Origin: Octopus bimaculoides
Lineage: Eukaryota
DNA length: 64,000 nt
Direction: 5' to 3'
Assembly: GCF_001194135.2 (NCBI RefSeq)
Contig: NC_068989.1
Span: 11,937,484 to 12,001,483, forward strand
Shown one piece after another: positions 35,931-50,021 of this stretch. A model generated the notes under the pieces. The model had not been told where the DNA came from. It did not search any database and saw nothing but the letters and a program-made list of their open reading frames with translations. Every line of letters begins with the position of its first letter. Within the stretch, counting starts at the first letter, position 1. Both the position numbers and the translations under genes were made by a program.

Positions 35931-36604
35931 CATATGTATATATATATATATGTATATATATATTTATATTTATATTTATATATATGCCGGGTCCCACCAC
36001 TGCTGTCTCCTAGTACCAGCACCTATCTCCTGACTCGTCTGTTTAATTTAATATTACACCCGAAATGGTTCAACTATATTTTTTATCTTGTATAATCGCC
36101 AAGCATGTATGTGGGATTGCAATTTCCCCTTTCGACAACAGTTCTTTATGCATTTAAGAATTTTCTTTTTTAACAGTTTTTCTTTTTTTTACCTCGGGCT
36201 ATCTTGTCCTTTGGTATGTCTTTTGTAAACAGCAATATTAGTTTTCTATTGCGATATTGAACAGGAAAGCTTGAGATTTGTAACGTCAGAAAAATGGATC
36301 AATTTTGAGCCAGGAACTCTGCGACAATTTCTAATAATAAAACGTTGGACTGAATTTAATTTAAACGGTTAGTTTGCGAAAAGTGCGACAGACGCAAATT
36401 CCTGTCGTATTAGCTGATTTTCTGTCTCTCTGCAAAATTTAATCAAAACAACTGCAAGAACAACAGAGACAATGAAAGCAAAACAAAGAATGAAAAACAT
36501 CAACAGCAACAATGAAAAACCCAGCAAAATATAATAAAATTCTGATGCGTTTTTTTTAAATATTTTATATGAAAAAACATTATATGCACAGACAAAATAT
36601 ATAT

Positions 36605-36677
<73 letters not shown>

Positions 36678-37254
36678 ACACACAAACACACATACGATAA
36701 TGGTAATAATAGCAACTGAAACAACAACAACAATAATTATCATTATTATTATTATTATTATTATTATCATTATTATTATTATTTTGTTGTTGTTGTTGCT
36801 GTTGTAAAGAAATAAATTATAGAAAACTACTATAATAACCCCTTGAATGAAGTTAGATTTCAAATTACTGTGTGACAGTAAATAGAGAATCTCAATGTTA
36901 GTTTTTACTAAAATGAATAAAATCAACAAACAAACAAGCACACAAATAAATAAATAGATAGATAAAAAAATAAAAGGTCTAGAACAGTGGGAAAGGCCGA
37001 GGGCAGCGACGGGGTCAAATAATAAAGCTGTAATCATCCATTACTGACAGTTGATGTTGGATTTGAGCAACTGCGACGCATGTGACTTATCTCCCACTCA
37101 GTTACGTCAGTGTCTCCTGTGTGCGCTTGCGTGTGTATGGAGGCGATGGGAGATGGGGGGGGGGCTGCTGCCGTGTCACGTCTATCGGCAAATCTGGAGG
37201 GCTCAGTGCGCAATGTCGAGGCCTTGATGTGTAAACAAAACCACAGCACTTCCA

Positions 37255-37307
37255 CCACCTCCTCCCCTCCTCCTCCTCCTTCTCCTCCTCCTTTTCTTCT
37301 TCTTCTT

Positions 37308-37338
<31 letters not shown>

Positions 37339-37506
37339 GCTTCTTCTTCTTCTTAGCTACTTCTTCTTCTTATTCTTCTTCTTAGCTTCTTCTTCTTAGC
37401 TTCTTCTTCTTCTTCTTCTTCTTCTTCGTCTTCTTCTTTTTCTTCTTCTTCTTCTTCTTCTTCTTCTTCTTCTCCTCCTTTTCTTCTTCTTCTTCTTCTT
37501 CTTCTT

Positions 37507-37537
<31 letters not shown>

Positions 37538-37608
37538 GCTACTTCTTCTTCTTCTTCTTCTTCTTATTCTTCTTCTTAGCTTCTTCTTCTTCGTCTTCTT
37601 CTTAGCTT

Positions 37609-37639
<31 letters not shown>

Positions 37640-37905
37640 GCTTCTTCTCCTTAGCTTCTTCTTCTTCTTCTTCTTCTTCTTCTTCTTCTTCTTCTTCTTC
37701 TTCTTCTTCACCTTTTTAGCTTCTTCTTCTTCTTCTTCTTCTTCTTCTTCTTCTTCTTCTTCTTCTTCTTCTTCTTCTTCTTCTTCTTCTTCTTCTTCTT
37801 CTTCTTCTTCTTCTTCTTCTTCTTCACCTTTTTAGCTTCTTCTTCTTCTTCTTCTTCTTCTTCTTCTTCTTCTTCTTCTTCTTCTTCTTCTTCTTCTTTT
37901 TCTTC
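37255..37905. repeat. long (CTT)n tract with TTAGC and CACCTTTTTAGC variants
   Basis: About 650 bp pyrimidine-rich triplet array. Confidence 0.97.
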
Positions 37906-38053
37906 TTCTCTCACTCTCACTGCCTTCTACACTTACACCTTTACATTTTCGTCCCTTTCGTCCAATTCTTGTCTCCTTTCTCCAACCATCAATTAATTTC
38001 TATTTTCTCTTTCTCTTTTTAAACTTATACCACTATCTCCGTTCCTCTGTGTC

Positions 38054-38091
<38 letters not shown>

Positions 38092-38461
38092 CCTCTCTGT
38101 ATCAATTTAAATGCAGTTGACAGTCGCATTTGTCTATAAATGTTTGGGTATGTCCTATCGTGTGAGCTTCTCGAGTTGGTTGTACTATCTATAATCATTT
38201 TTCCGTGCGTGTTTGCGCGCGAAGCTATGTCTATTTTATAAATACACACACAAAAACAAAATGGCTGCGCTAGTGACTGCCACTAAGAAAACAAAATTCA
38301 ATCAGCACAGCCGTATCTCGTAATATTTACATACATACATTCATACATACATACATACATACATACATACATACATACATACAATCATACAATCATACCT
38401 ATATGCATACACACATACATACATGTGCAGTTCGATTTTAAGTTATTTTTGGAAAGCTATA

Positions 38462-39334
38462 ATGGAAGTGACAGATGTGCATATTCGGCATACTTTTCTT
38501 TTTGAGTTCAATAAAAGGCAACAGCACAACGGAAACTGCGAAGAATATTAATGCAGTATATGGGAATTGGACAATAAGCGTAAGCCAGTTTCAACGGTGG
38601 TTCCAGAAATTCCGAGCCAGAAACTGCAGCCTAGAAGACGAGCCTCATCCTGGAAGATCTTTAGAGTTCGACGAGGACGTCCTGCAAATCCTGCTGGAAC
38701 AAAATCCCATCGTAACTGTTGAGGAACTAGCAGAGAAGCTTGGATTTCGTCATTCAACCATTCGTCAACACCTGCATGCTATCAGAAAAGTCAGCAAATT
38801 GGGTCAATGGGTTTCTCAAAAACTTTCCAAGTCTAATCGCATGCAGAGACTGAATTTATGCTCTTCTTTGCTGTCACGTTTCACCAATGAACTTTTGTGA
38901 GACCGAATGGTGACTGGTGACAAGAAACGGGTTCTCTATAAAAATATCAAGCATTAAAGACAGTGGGTAGGGACAGGAGAAACACTGACACCCCAGGCTA
39001 AAGAAGGTCTTCACCCACATAAGGTGTTGTTATCTGTTTGTTCGGGTATTAAATGATTAATCCACTTCGAACTTTTAAACCCAAACCAAATGATAACAAG
39101 GAAGATCTACTGTCAGCAACTTGAGTGGCTTAAGTCAGCGCTAGAAGAAAAACGACTATCTTGGGTTTCAAGACGAAAGGCGTTCTTCTATCAGGATAAT
39201 GCTTGGCCACATACTACGAGGGTGACATTCCAAAGGCTGGAGCAATTTGAATGGGAAACGATGCTCCACTCACCATGTTCGCCGAACATTTCCTCATCTG
39301 ATTATAATTTATTGCGTAATCTTCAAAATCATTT
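38462..39334 (+). pseudogene. mariner transposase pseudogene (D,D34D), 3' end lost in gap 39335-39915
   Basis: MEVTDVHIRHTFLFEFNK/GNSTTETAKNINAVYG...QRWFQKFR...LEDEPHPGR...LGQWVSQKL...VTGD...HPHKVLLSV...QDNAWPH...SPNISSSDY. One 5' frameshift and three in-frame stops; 34 residues between D2 and D3. Confidence 0.96.
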
Positions 39335-40017
39335 NNNNNNNNNNNNNNNNNNNNNNNNNNNNNNNNNNNNNNNNNNNNNNNNNNNNNNNNNNNNNNNNNN
39401 NNNNNNNNNNNNNNNNNNNNNNNNNNNNNNNNNNNNNNNNNNNNNNNNNNNNNNNNNNNNNNNNNNNNNNNNNNNNNNNNNNNNNNNNNNNNNNNNNNNN
39501 NNNNNNNNNNNNNNNNNNNNNNNNNNNNNNNNNNNNNNNNNNNNNNNNNNNNNNNNNNNNNNNNNNNNNNNNNNNNNNNNNNNNNNNNNNNNNNNNNNNN
39601 NNNNNNNNNNNNNNNNNNNNNNNNNNNNNNNNNNNNNNNNNNNNNNNNNNNNNNNNNNNNNNNNNNNNNNNNNNNNNNNNNNNNNNNNNNNNNNNNNNNN
39701 NNNNNNNNNNNNNNNNNNNNNNNNNNNNNNNNNNNNNNNNNNNNNNNNNNNNNNNNNNNNNNNNNNNNNNNNNNNNNNNNNNNNNNNNNNNNNNNNNNNN
39801 NNNNNNNNNNNNNNNNNNNNNNNNNNNNNNNNNNNNNNNNNNNNNNNNNNNNNNNNNNNNNNNNNNNNNNNNNNNNNNNNNNNNNNNNNNNNNNNNNNNN
39901 NNNNNNNNNNNNNNNAATAAATAAATGAGTGAAAGAAAAAGTAAACCAAACGAGAAGATGATCTAAAAGATAGTTTTTACAAGGAAACAAAAACAAATGC
40001 AGAGAGAGAGAGGGGGA

Positions 40018-40160
40018 AGAAGAAGAAGAAGAAGAAGTAGAAGAAGAAGAAGAAGAAGAAGAAGAAGAAGAAGAAGAAAAAGAAGAAGAAGAAGAAGAAG
40101 AAGAAGAAGAAGAAGAAGAAGAAGAAGAAGAAGAAGAATGTGAAGAAGAATATGAAGAAG
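40018..40160. repeat. (GAA)n microsatellite
   Basis: Visible. Confidence 0.97.
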
Positions 40161-40864
40161 TGCAGAGAATACAATGAATGCCACAACAAGAAGTGTTTTT
40201 AAAAGATTTTTTCGAATATTTTATTACATTTTGTGTAATGTTAGTTGTTTCTTCAAGATTTGATGTCATTTTTACACTTCATTGCTTATCTGCCCTTTAA
40301 CATTATTGTATTGGTATGAGGCATGCCATAGAGGCTGTGACTGTAACGGTGACGGCGATACATACATCCGTACAACCATATATACATACATACATACATG
40401 CTTGGATGTATACATGTATATATGTATATGTACACACACACACACACACACATACACGCATATATAGACACACATAAGCATATACATATGTACATATATG
40501 CATACATGCTTATGCATTTGTGAGTGTGTGAGAGTGTGTGTGTGTGTGTGTGTGTGTGAGGATAAGGATGTAAAAAAATGAAGGAATGCAGTTGAATGGA
40601 TGAGAGCAAAATGGAAGAAAGATTGGAAAAGAGACACAGACAGTGAACGAGAGAAAGGGAGAAAGAGAGAGAGAAAAAGAGAGAGAGAGAGAGACAGACA
40701 GACAGAGAATAAGAAAGACAGAGAGAGAAAGTGAGAGAGAGAGAGAGAGAGAGAAAGAAAATGAGAGAGAATGTAAGTGATAGTAAGTAAGGAAGTATGT
40801 CTGAGATAAATGCCAAGTGTATATGTGTGTGTATGTGTGTATATATACATGTATACACATATAT

Positions 40865-40954
<90 letters not shown>

Positions 40955-41373
40955 GGACCTATGTGTACGCGCATGCGCACAAAAGCATATACAGACATCT
41001 ATACAGAGAAAAGCTTACAGCAAAAAAGCGTAGACAGAATGTATGTATAAAAGGAGAGTGCTAATTGAAAAGTGTGACAGAAATAAAAACGTACAGGAGC
41101 AAATCCAGACACGGAGACATACGTACAGACAGAAAGTCATGTGCGCGCGCACACATATTTGACTACATTAAGAAGGAAATACGAACGCTTGTGCATTCAG
41201 TGGATCAATGCAAGAGGCAATTCTGCTGATGTCATGTTGTAGAACAATAAGAAAGAAAGAAGCATGATAATGTTGTGGTAGTAAGAGGAAGAGGTAAAAG
41301 AAGGAAATCGATAGGAGAGAGGTGGGAGGAAAATGATTCGACGTAAGAAAGAATGAGACGGAGATAAAGCGTA

Positions 41374-41780
41374 ATCTTTTCTATTCTAGGCACAAGGCCC
41401 GAAATTTTTGGGGAGGGGGCCAGTCGATTAGATCGACCCCAGTACTCAACTGGTACTTAATGTATCGACCCCGAAAGGATCAAAGGCGCAGACGACCTCG
41501 GCGGAATTTGAACTCAGAGCGTAAAGACAGAAGAAATACCGCTAAACATTTCGCCCGACGTGCTAACGTTTTTTATTTCTTTACACACCGAGGGGACAAA
41601 CAAGGACAGACAAAGGGATTAAGTCGATTACATCGACCCCAGTGCGTAACTGGTACTTAAATTATCGACTCCCAAAGGATGAAAGGCAAAGTCGGCCTCG
41701 GCGGAATTTGAACTCAGAACGTAGCGGCAGACGAAATACCGCTAACCATTTCACCCGGCGTGCTAACGTTTCTGCCAGCT
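41374..41780 (-). mobile_element. dimer of family D SINEs (tail type 1: 41374-41571; tail type 2: 41572-41780)
   Basis: Two D bodies; junction GCTAACGTTT|TTTATTTCTTTA. Confidence 0.92.
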
Positions 41781-41796
41781 ATCTATCTATCTATCC

Positions 41797-41859
<63 letters not shown>
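41781..41859. repeat. (ATCT)n microsatellite
   Basis: Visible. Confidence 0.97.
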
Positions 41860-43661
41860 ACTCTCACATTATAACATTATAACAGAGAAACCTATTAAAA
41901 CAAACTTTCCTGTACATTATCATCTATTCTCTAGCACGGTAATATTTCATTGTCTTTCATAGTCACTTCTACTAACGATATTTAACTACACAGACAGTAT
42001 TCTATTCTAATGAAAATAATATTGGTTATTTGTAATAAAATGTCATGTAATAAAAAATAGTAAGAAACGGAGACAAAATGACCGACCGACAGATTGGCAA
42101 ACAGACAGATATTTTCCCAAAGAAATGAGTGACAGTGACTTTGTATTTGGCTTACAAGACATCATCAGACTGTGCTTTACTTGTTTCTTTTTCTTTTTTG
42201 TTTCTTGAAGTATATAGTTTTTGGCAGGGTAATCTTTTGGTAGGTGGAGTAATGTGAGTAAGAATGAGTTGAATCTCTGTAGGAAAGGGAATCTAGTGGT
42301 AAGTATATGGAATGTGGGCCGAGAGAAACTGATGATGGATACAAACATACACATATACATACGAATATACATACATAGATACACACAGATAGATAACTGT
42401 GTAAAAAAATTTCTAGTTTTGCTTCTGTTTGTTTTTGTATTACTTTTTGTCGTTTAGAGGCAGTTTTCCTACATATCTACTTATGTTACTTTAATAAAAC
42501 TCCCTCTGTCTATCTAGCTGCACTCTGTCTTTCTCATTTTCTCTCTCTCTCTCATTTTTTCTCTCTCTCTCATTTTCTCTCTCTCAATCTTTCTCTCATT
42601 CTCTCTCTCACGCACTCGTCCACCTCATTCATCTCAGCCACTGATTTCTCTTTCGTAAGCTTACAGTGAAACGGAGGTGACTTGGTGTTTTATTTTGAGA
42701 ATATAAGACAGGGAATAACTGACAAGACCTCAGAAAGAAGCCATGCGATTATTAACGGAGGAAACAAATTCATTTATAATTTTTTGCTTGTTTTGTTCTC
42801 AGGACAGCCACCACGTTGAGGCACTGCAATGGAGTTCTTTATTCCATTTTCCTTCCCTTCTGTTTTTTTTTTATTTATTTCTATTTTCGTCAGCAATATC
42901 GACTCCAGTGCTGGATTCGAATATTATTTTATCAATCTAAATATAATCAGGAGGTAAAGTTAAATATTTTTTTGATACAAACTGGTGGTTTTTCAACAAG
43001 GATGTTACATAACAATCTAGAAAATAAAATATAAGGAATATAGCTGAGTAAAAGAATAAAAACGTACAAGAGAAAACGAGAAAATTTTCGAAAAAACTAA
43101 GGGAACCAGTTAGAGGAATTGAAAGATTATAAGAAATGTAAGAAAGGAGTCAAAGAGTAATGTTCATTGGAATACATCCAGCGGGGCTTCAATTTGAAAG
43201 ATAAATGTGCTACCCTTATATTTATAAATGCTTAATCGGGCTATCACCATTATTCACAATTGAACAGACTCAGGGAAGTTGTTTGCGTATTCTTATGCAA
43301 AATAGTTGGATAATAGCGTTTATAGCTAGTTCTTTGCAAGGCTTTATGTCTATATTTTGTGATTGTGTCAATGAAGGTGGAGCAGAATGACTGACAAAAA
43401 AAAAAATTATAACAAAATATAAGTAAAACAAGAGCAACATCAGATATCAGATACAATGATAGAGCAATAAGGAATGGTGAGTAATGAAAAAAAAATATAT
43501 ATAATAATCTTATGCATGTATGTACGTATGTATGTATATGTATTTGTATGTGTGTAGATATACATATATATATATATGCATACATAAACATATACATATA
43601 TATATATATACATATATATATGTACATATACATATATATATGCATATATATATATATAGAT

Positions 43662-43692
<31 letters not shown>

Positions 43693-43781
43693 TATGTATA
43701 TACATATCTATATATCTATATGTATATATATATATTTACATGTGTATCTGCATATTATATGGATATGCACATGTATGTATG

Positions 43782-43863
<82 letters not shown>

Positions 43864-44038
43864 CCCCGACACGCACTCACACAACCACACACATTATTAA
43901 TAGAGGAATAAAAATGTCTGAAAATTTAAGGGAACATTGAAAACAAACAGATACAAAGAAATGTACGCACACAAACGCACGCACACACACACTTTCTCTC
44001 TATCTCTTTGTCTCTCTCACATACATACATACATACAT

Positions 44039-44074
<36 letters not shown>

Positions 44075-45967
44075 GCAGAATCACGCATACCCTTAAAGAA
44101 GCAACAGCCGATGATTTCAGCAGTCAACTCACCAGAAAAGTAAAAAAAACCATCAAGACATCCATTCATTTACTCATCCACCCATCCACACCATCCAACC
44201 ATCCGAACCCACCAACTAACCCGCCTACCCACCCCTACCACTACTGCCGCCGCCGCCTCCAATCCCACCCTAACCAAAATCTAAGAATCTATCTCCCCAA
44301 TTTTAACATCAACATCACCGACACGTGCTCTAACAATTTTATGATGATGAAATCATTCCAGAGATTGGCAGGTAGAGACCATTTAAGAACAATTCGCAAG
44401 ACACGTTGAATTTTCCTACACATCAGTTCTTCCTTCCTCTTTCTATGTTCTATTCTTACGCTCTTATTTTGTTCCTTGTTTTTACAGTTGCTTTCTTTTC
44501 TTTTAATCCATGTTTTGTATTTTAGGTAATGTTGGATTTTGGGTAATGGTAGGAGAGGAGCGTTTTTTTTCTTTCTTTTTCCGTATTATTATTTTTTTTT
44601 TCAAGGCCTGAAATCCTTCTGGTCTGTGATGCATTAAATTATTAGAGTGTTTTTGTGAATCTTTAACATAGGCCCTAGCTATTGAAGAGAGGGAATTCTT
44701 GGTTGTTTGCTACTTTGAAATGATATAAAACTGATGCTAAATATATAGAAAACAAGCCTTGTTGAGTCATTCATGCACAACGGCTTGCGGTATCAAACCG
44801 CATATCAAATTTATATGGAGAGATGCTTTCACGTACAACACACATACATACTATACAATAAGCACATAGACATACATGCATACATATGCACGTTTCATGT
44901 ATGTATGTATGTATGTATGTATGTATGTATGTATGTATGTATGTATGTATGTATATATATGCATATTAATAACATAGGAATATACACATTCTTGCATATA
45001 ATATAGTAGCTCGCACGTGCGTCCATACAATTTCATTATGATTTTATTTGTTGGAGTCACAAACACACAAACAGAATTGTACATAGATTCATACACTTAC
45101 ACATGTAGATATATATGTACAGAAATATATGTGTTATAAATATTTGTTTGTATGCATATTTATACACGCGCACATACACGAACGTGCACTAGAATGAGTG
45201 TTCACACACACTCACACACACATACACACGTGTACAGACATGAAATCATACACACGCTAAATCACTGCCGTGTATGTGTGTGAGTGTTCAGGTGGTATCG
45301 TTGTTTGTGTGTTCAGAAATAAACCGTGTTGAATAAAGACAACATTATCCACAGAGAATTTCAGACTGACGGAAGCGCATATATTTTTTAAAAGAAAGTA
45401 ATGGATTTCCTTCACTTTCGACAGTTAAAATTCCTCTTATTCACTCATCTGAACTACCTGGTTTTCTTAGAAGCGGCTGAGTATTCCAATGCCAAATGCC
45501 AGGCAGAATTAGCGTGACAGTGTGTAAAGAAACGCTGGCCATTTCTATTACCTTTATAAGCAATCTCAGGTATTTCCAACGAGTTTCCATCTACAAGTTT
45601 CAGTCACTGTATTTGAGCTGAACGGAGATTATGTAAAAAAAAAAAAAATTAAAAAAAAACATCTTAAAAGAGACAGGCTGCGCAGAGGAATCGAAAATTG
45701 GATTTCGTAATTGCAAATCGAAATTCTAAACCCTTCGATATTACCTGTGTTCATGTATGTTATAAAAACCGTCACGTAAACATAAACAAAACAGCGCACA
45801 GCATGCATATCTTGATCATCATGGCGACATTATTACACATATATGCATACTCAATAATGCATGGACAAATTATGCTTCGCCTGATCCAGTAATTGAAACA
45901 ACAATGATACGATCAGGAATCCAAAACCCTAACCACACACACTAACGCATACGCACACATATACGTA

Positions 45968-46018
<51 letters not shown>

Positions 46019-46270
46019 NNNNNNNNNNNNNNNNNNNNNNNNNNNNNNNNNNNNNNNNNNNNNNNNNNNNNNNNNNNNNNNNNNNNNNNNNNNNNNNNNN
46101 NNNNNNNNNNNNNNNNNNNNNNNNNNNNNNNNNNNNNNNNNNNNNNNNNNNNNNNNNNNNNNNNNNNNNNNNNNNNNNNNNNNNNNNNNNNNNNNNNNNN
46201 NNNNNNNNNNNNNNNNNNNNNNNNNNNNNNNNNNNNNNNNNNNNNNNNNNNNNNNNNNNNNNNNNNNNNN

Positions 46271-46312
<42 letters not shown>

Positions 46313-46333
46313 TATGAATACATACATGTACTT

Positions 46334-46388
<55 letters not shown>

Positions 46389-47453
46389 GACACAGACACA
46401 GGTAGACAGACACACACATATACACACATACATATACATGCATATACATATTTACATATATATATATATATATATACATGTGCGTGCTTGTATGTATTTA
46501 TGTATATATGTGTATGTATGTCTGCGTGTGTTTATGAATATTTTACTTTTAAGATTTGCATAGATATATGCTTCTGTGCTTACCTGAATACTCGATCCAA
46601 ACATTAAATGTCGATATAGACATGAGCTAATGTAAAATATATGTAAAAAAACAGTTATTAGCAAGAAACATAGTTAAACGTCAACCTGAAGATGTAATTC
46701 GAGACAGGAGGACGCAAGCGTACAAAATCAATTGTGTGTGCATTTTTTAGATATGTGATTGAAGCATGGTACAAGGAAATGAAGATAATAGCGGTACATA
46801 TAATGTATATCACATGACTACACAATCACAGATGTTACCCACGAAAACATATCTAGGAATATATCCTGTGGTGTGTCCAAATTCGAGAGATAATTGGGCT
46901 ATCCTTACATTTATCTATGTCTAATCGTGCTATCAACATTATTCTCAATCGAGTGCGTTTCAGGAAGCTGGTGTCGGCGTATCCATTTTTTATTCTTTAT
47001 TTTCTCGTTCAGAAATAGATGGATAATAGCATTAATGATTTCATGTGTATAGAATGGAACAAATATCACATAGAGTTATCGAATTATGAAGGTCATCTGA
47101 TAGATTTCAATCATTCACGAATAACATGAATTGTACCCGCCTCCCTGACAGGAACAGAAGAGAGAGAAAAAAAAATGTAATTGAAAATTTCGTTGATTCC
47201 ATTGAAGCGACCAAAGATATCTATTATTTGCGGGATCCTTTCGAATTTTGAAATTTTCACCGGAAAATAGTTTAGGGGATGTAATGTGCCATTATGCATC
47301 GTTATTTTTTGTCATCTATGTCTGTCATATATACACACATACATATTTACGCATAGATACATATATACACATATATAATCTTGAATCTAAATCTAAACCT
47401 TATACAGCTGTATATGTATATATGTACATATATATGTATGCATGTGTGTATAC

Positions 47454-47506
<53 letters not shown>

Positions 47507-47516
47507 NNNNNNNNNN

Positions 47517-47568
<52 letters not shown>

Positions 47569-47623
47569 CACTGTCTTGAAATTTTGTACAGCACAAAGAT
47601 AATAATTCTTTTTATTGATAAAC

Positions 47624-47960
47624 GTTCCGGGTTCAGTCCCACTGCATGGCATCTTGGGCAAGTGTCTTGTACAATAATCTCGAGCCACTCAAAGCTTTGT
47701 GAGTGAATTTTCTCGACGGAGACTGAAAGAAGCCCATCGTATACTCGCACAGACAGACATACACACACACACAAATACACACACATATGAGCGTGTGTCT
47801 GTGTGTCTTTTTATCTGTGTTTGTACCGCACCACCGCTTGACAACCGGCACGAAAATCATGATAAGTATTGGGGTCGATTCATTTGAGTAAGAATACTTG
47901 AAGGCCCTGCTGCAGCATGGCCGCTGTCTAATGACAAGTAAGATATAAAAGACTAAAGAT
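47624..47960 (+). mobile_element. SINE family C, diverged, 5'-truncated
   Basis: GTTCCGGGTTCAGTCCCACTGC...CTGAAAGAAGCCC...GCAGCATGGCCGC. Confidence 0.85.
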
Positions 47961-48389
47961 ACGTGTTTAGTATTGCTTCTGCTGCATTAATTGATGGTGA
48001 ATGAATGATTTGCTGCAAAGGTTGCACATGCACACATATGCACTCATATAACGACACACCTTTCATAGTACAACTAAGTACTCAATATATGAATTGTAGA
48101 GTCAATTTATGTACTTTTTAAAACATAGTATTCAGTTCTTGTTATTAATAATTTCAAAGTGACCTAATACGCTTGAGTTCATTATCATCAAACTCGACTC
48201 CCTTATACATCCGCTTACTGCAGTTAATCTGCTTTAATCACTAAGGATGTCACCTCTAGCCCCTATTTTGGTGTTATTGACAAATGTAGAAACATATATG
48301 TGTGTATGAATAACAGTGTTAATGTAAGATGTATGTTGTATCTTGGGAGGGTCATTTTACCAATAACAGTAGACGCACTGGTACGATTT

Positions 48390-48594
48390 AGCTTCTAGTA
48401 GAATCATTAGCAGACTGGGGAAAATGCTCGGGGGTTTTTTTTTTCCAGCTTTACATTCTGAATTCAAATTCTGCTGAAGTCGGCTTTACCTTTCGTCCTT
48501 ACGGGTTTCGATAAAATAAGAAGCAGTTTAACACTGGGATCGATATAATTGATTTATCCCTTTCCTTAAAATTGCTAGCCTTGTGCCAAGTTTA
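48390..48594 (+). mobile_element. SINE family D, diverged
   Basis: TTCTGAATTCAAATTCTGCTGAAGTCGGCTTTACCTTTCGTCCTT...GCCTTGTGCC. Confidence 0.8.
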
Positions 48595-49112
48595 AAAAAA
48601 AAAATTATAATGTAAATTACCCGAGTAATTAACGAATTACTTAAGCGATGGATTGGGAAACCATTTGGTTAATCAATGAATTGGCTTCTCAAATTCCTTT
48701 CCTCTGGGAGCCAGATGAGAAAAAAATATAGCTATGATTACAAAAATATATAGGATTTAGAATTTAGAACCATGGACATTTAAAGGTTTCGTTTAGTTTT
48801 CGTAAGAATTTGGACTAAATTTTCCTATATATTAGACCCTCGACTGTTGCAGGAAAGTTTTCTCAGAAGTAGAATTACTCTAAAGATATACCACAGCTAC
48901 TGCTGCTGTTAATGCTACTGTTGCATATATTTGGTTACCAGGGAAGCAACACAAAGCTGGTAACGGGTGAATTGCGAACTACCGACGTCTTCTCTGACAG
49001 AATGGTAAACCTCTTGTTTTGACTACGCTCTTTTCAAAACACACAATAAGAGATAAAAGGCAATTACCGCTTGTAAAAAAAACGAAATTGTTTACTATTT
49101 AGATGAACCATT

Positions 49113-49114
<2 letters not shown>

Positions 49115-49184
<70 letters not shown>

Positions 49185-49271
49185 GATGATGATGATAATT
49201 ATTGCGTCTCAGAATATTTTTTAAAACAATAGCAACAGTGCCAATAATAGTACTTATGACAAAGCTGTTGT

Positions 49272-49329
<58 letters not shown>

Positions 49330-49380
49330 GTTTCTTAATTTTTTGAAATCAATAGCAACAGTGATAACAACATCATCATC

Positions 49381-49412
<32 letters not shown>

Positions 49413-49553
49413 CATCGTCATCATTATCAACTGCAGCAGTAACAACGACATCAATAATAGTAGTTGTAGTAGTAATAATAATGATGATGATGATAATAAT
49501 AATGATAACAACAACAACAACAACAGCAACAACAACAACAAAACAACAATGAA

Positions 49554-49620
<67 letters not shown>

Positions 49621-49650
49621 GTAGTAGTAGTAGTAGTAATAATAATAATC
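49115..49650. repeat. compound trinucleotide arrays (AAT, CTA, CAT, CAA, GTA)
   Basis: Visible. Confidence 0.93.
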
Positions 49651-50021
49651 GTGATCGTCAGAAGAAAGACTGTTACCATATTTCTTGTAAACTAGCGTTC
49701 AACAAAAAGAATTAATTACACAAAGCAGCGAAGTTTCAAACAGAGTTAACCAAACGGAACAATCAATGTAATGAAGGAAAACTAAACAACACAGCAGACG
49801 AGTTACTTCAACGATTGTTTCATTATCAGATATCATCAAAAGAACTTTTGCTATAATGAGAAAGAAAGAGATATATATTGTGCAACAATGGCGAAATGAA
49901 TGTCATGATTGTACCACTGCAAGTATCGGGTATATGTGTGTATTTTTGTGTGCGTGAGTCGGCATTTTAGGAAGTATATCTGTATTTATTTATTTATTTA
50001 TTTATGCATATATTAAAATAT

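Noticed and set aside
37708-37920. Poly-Glu/Lys ORF
   Set aside because: It is the (CTT)n tract read on the minus strand.
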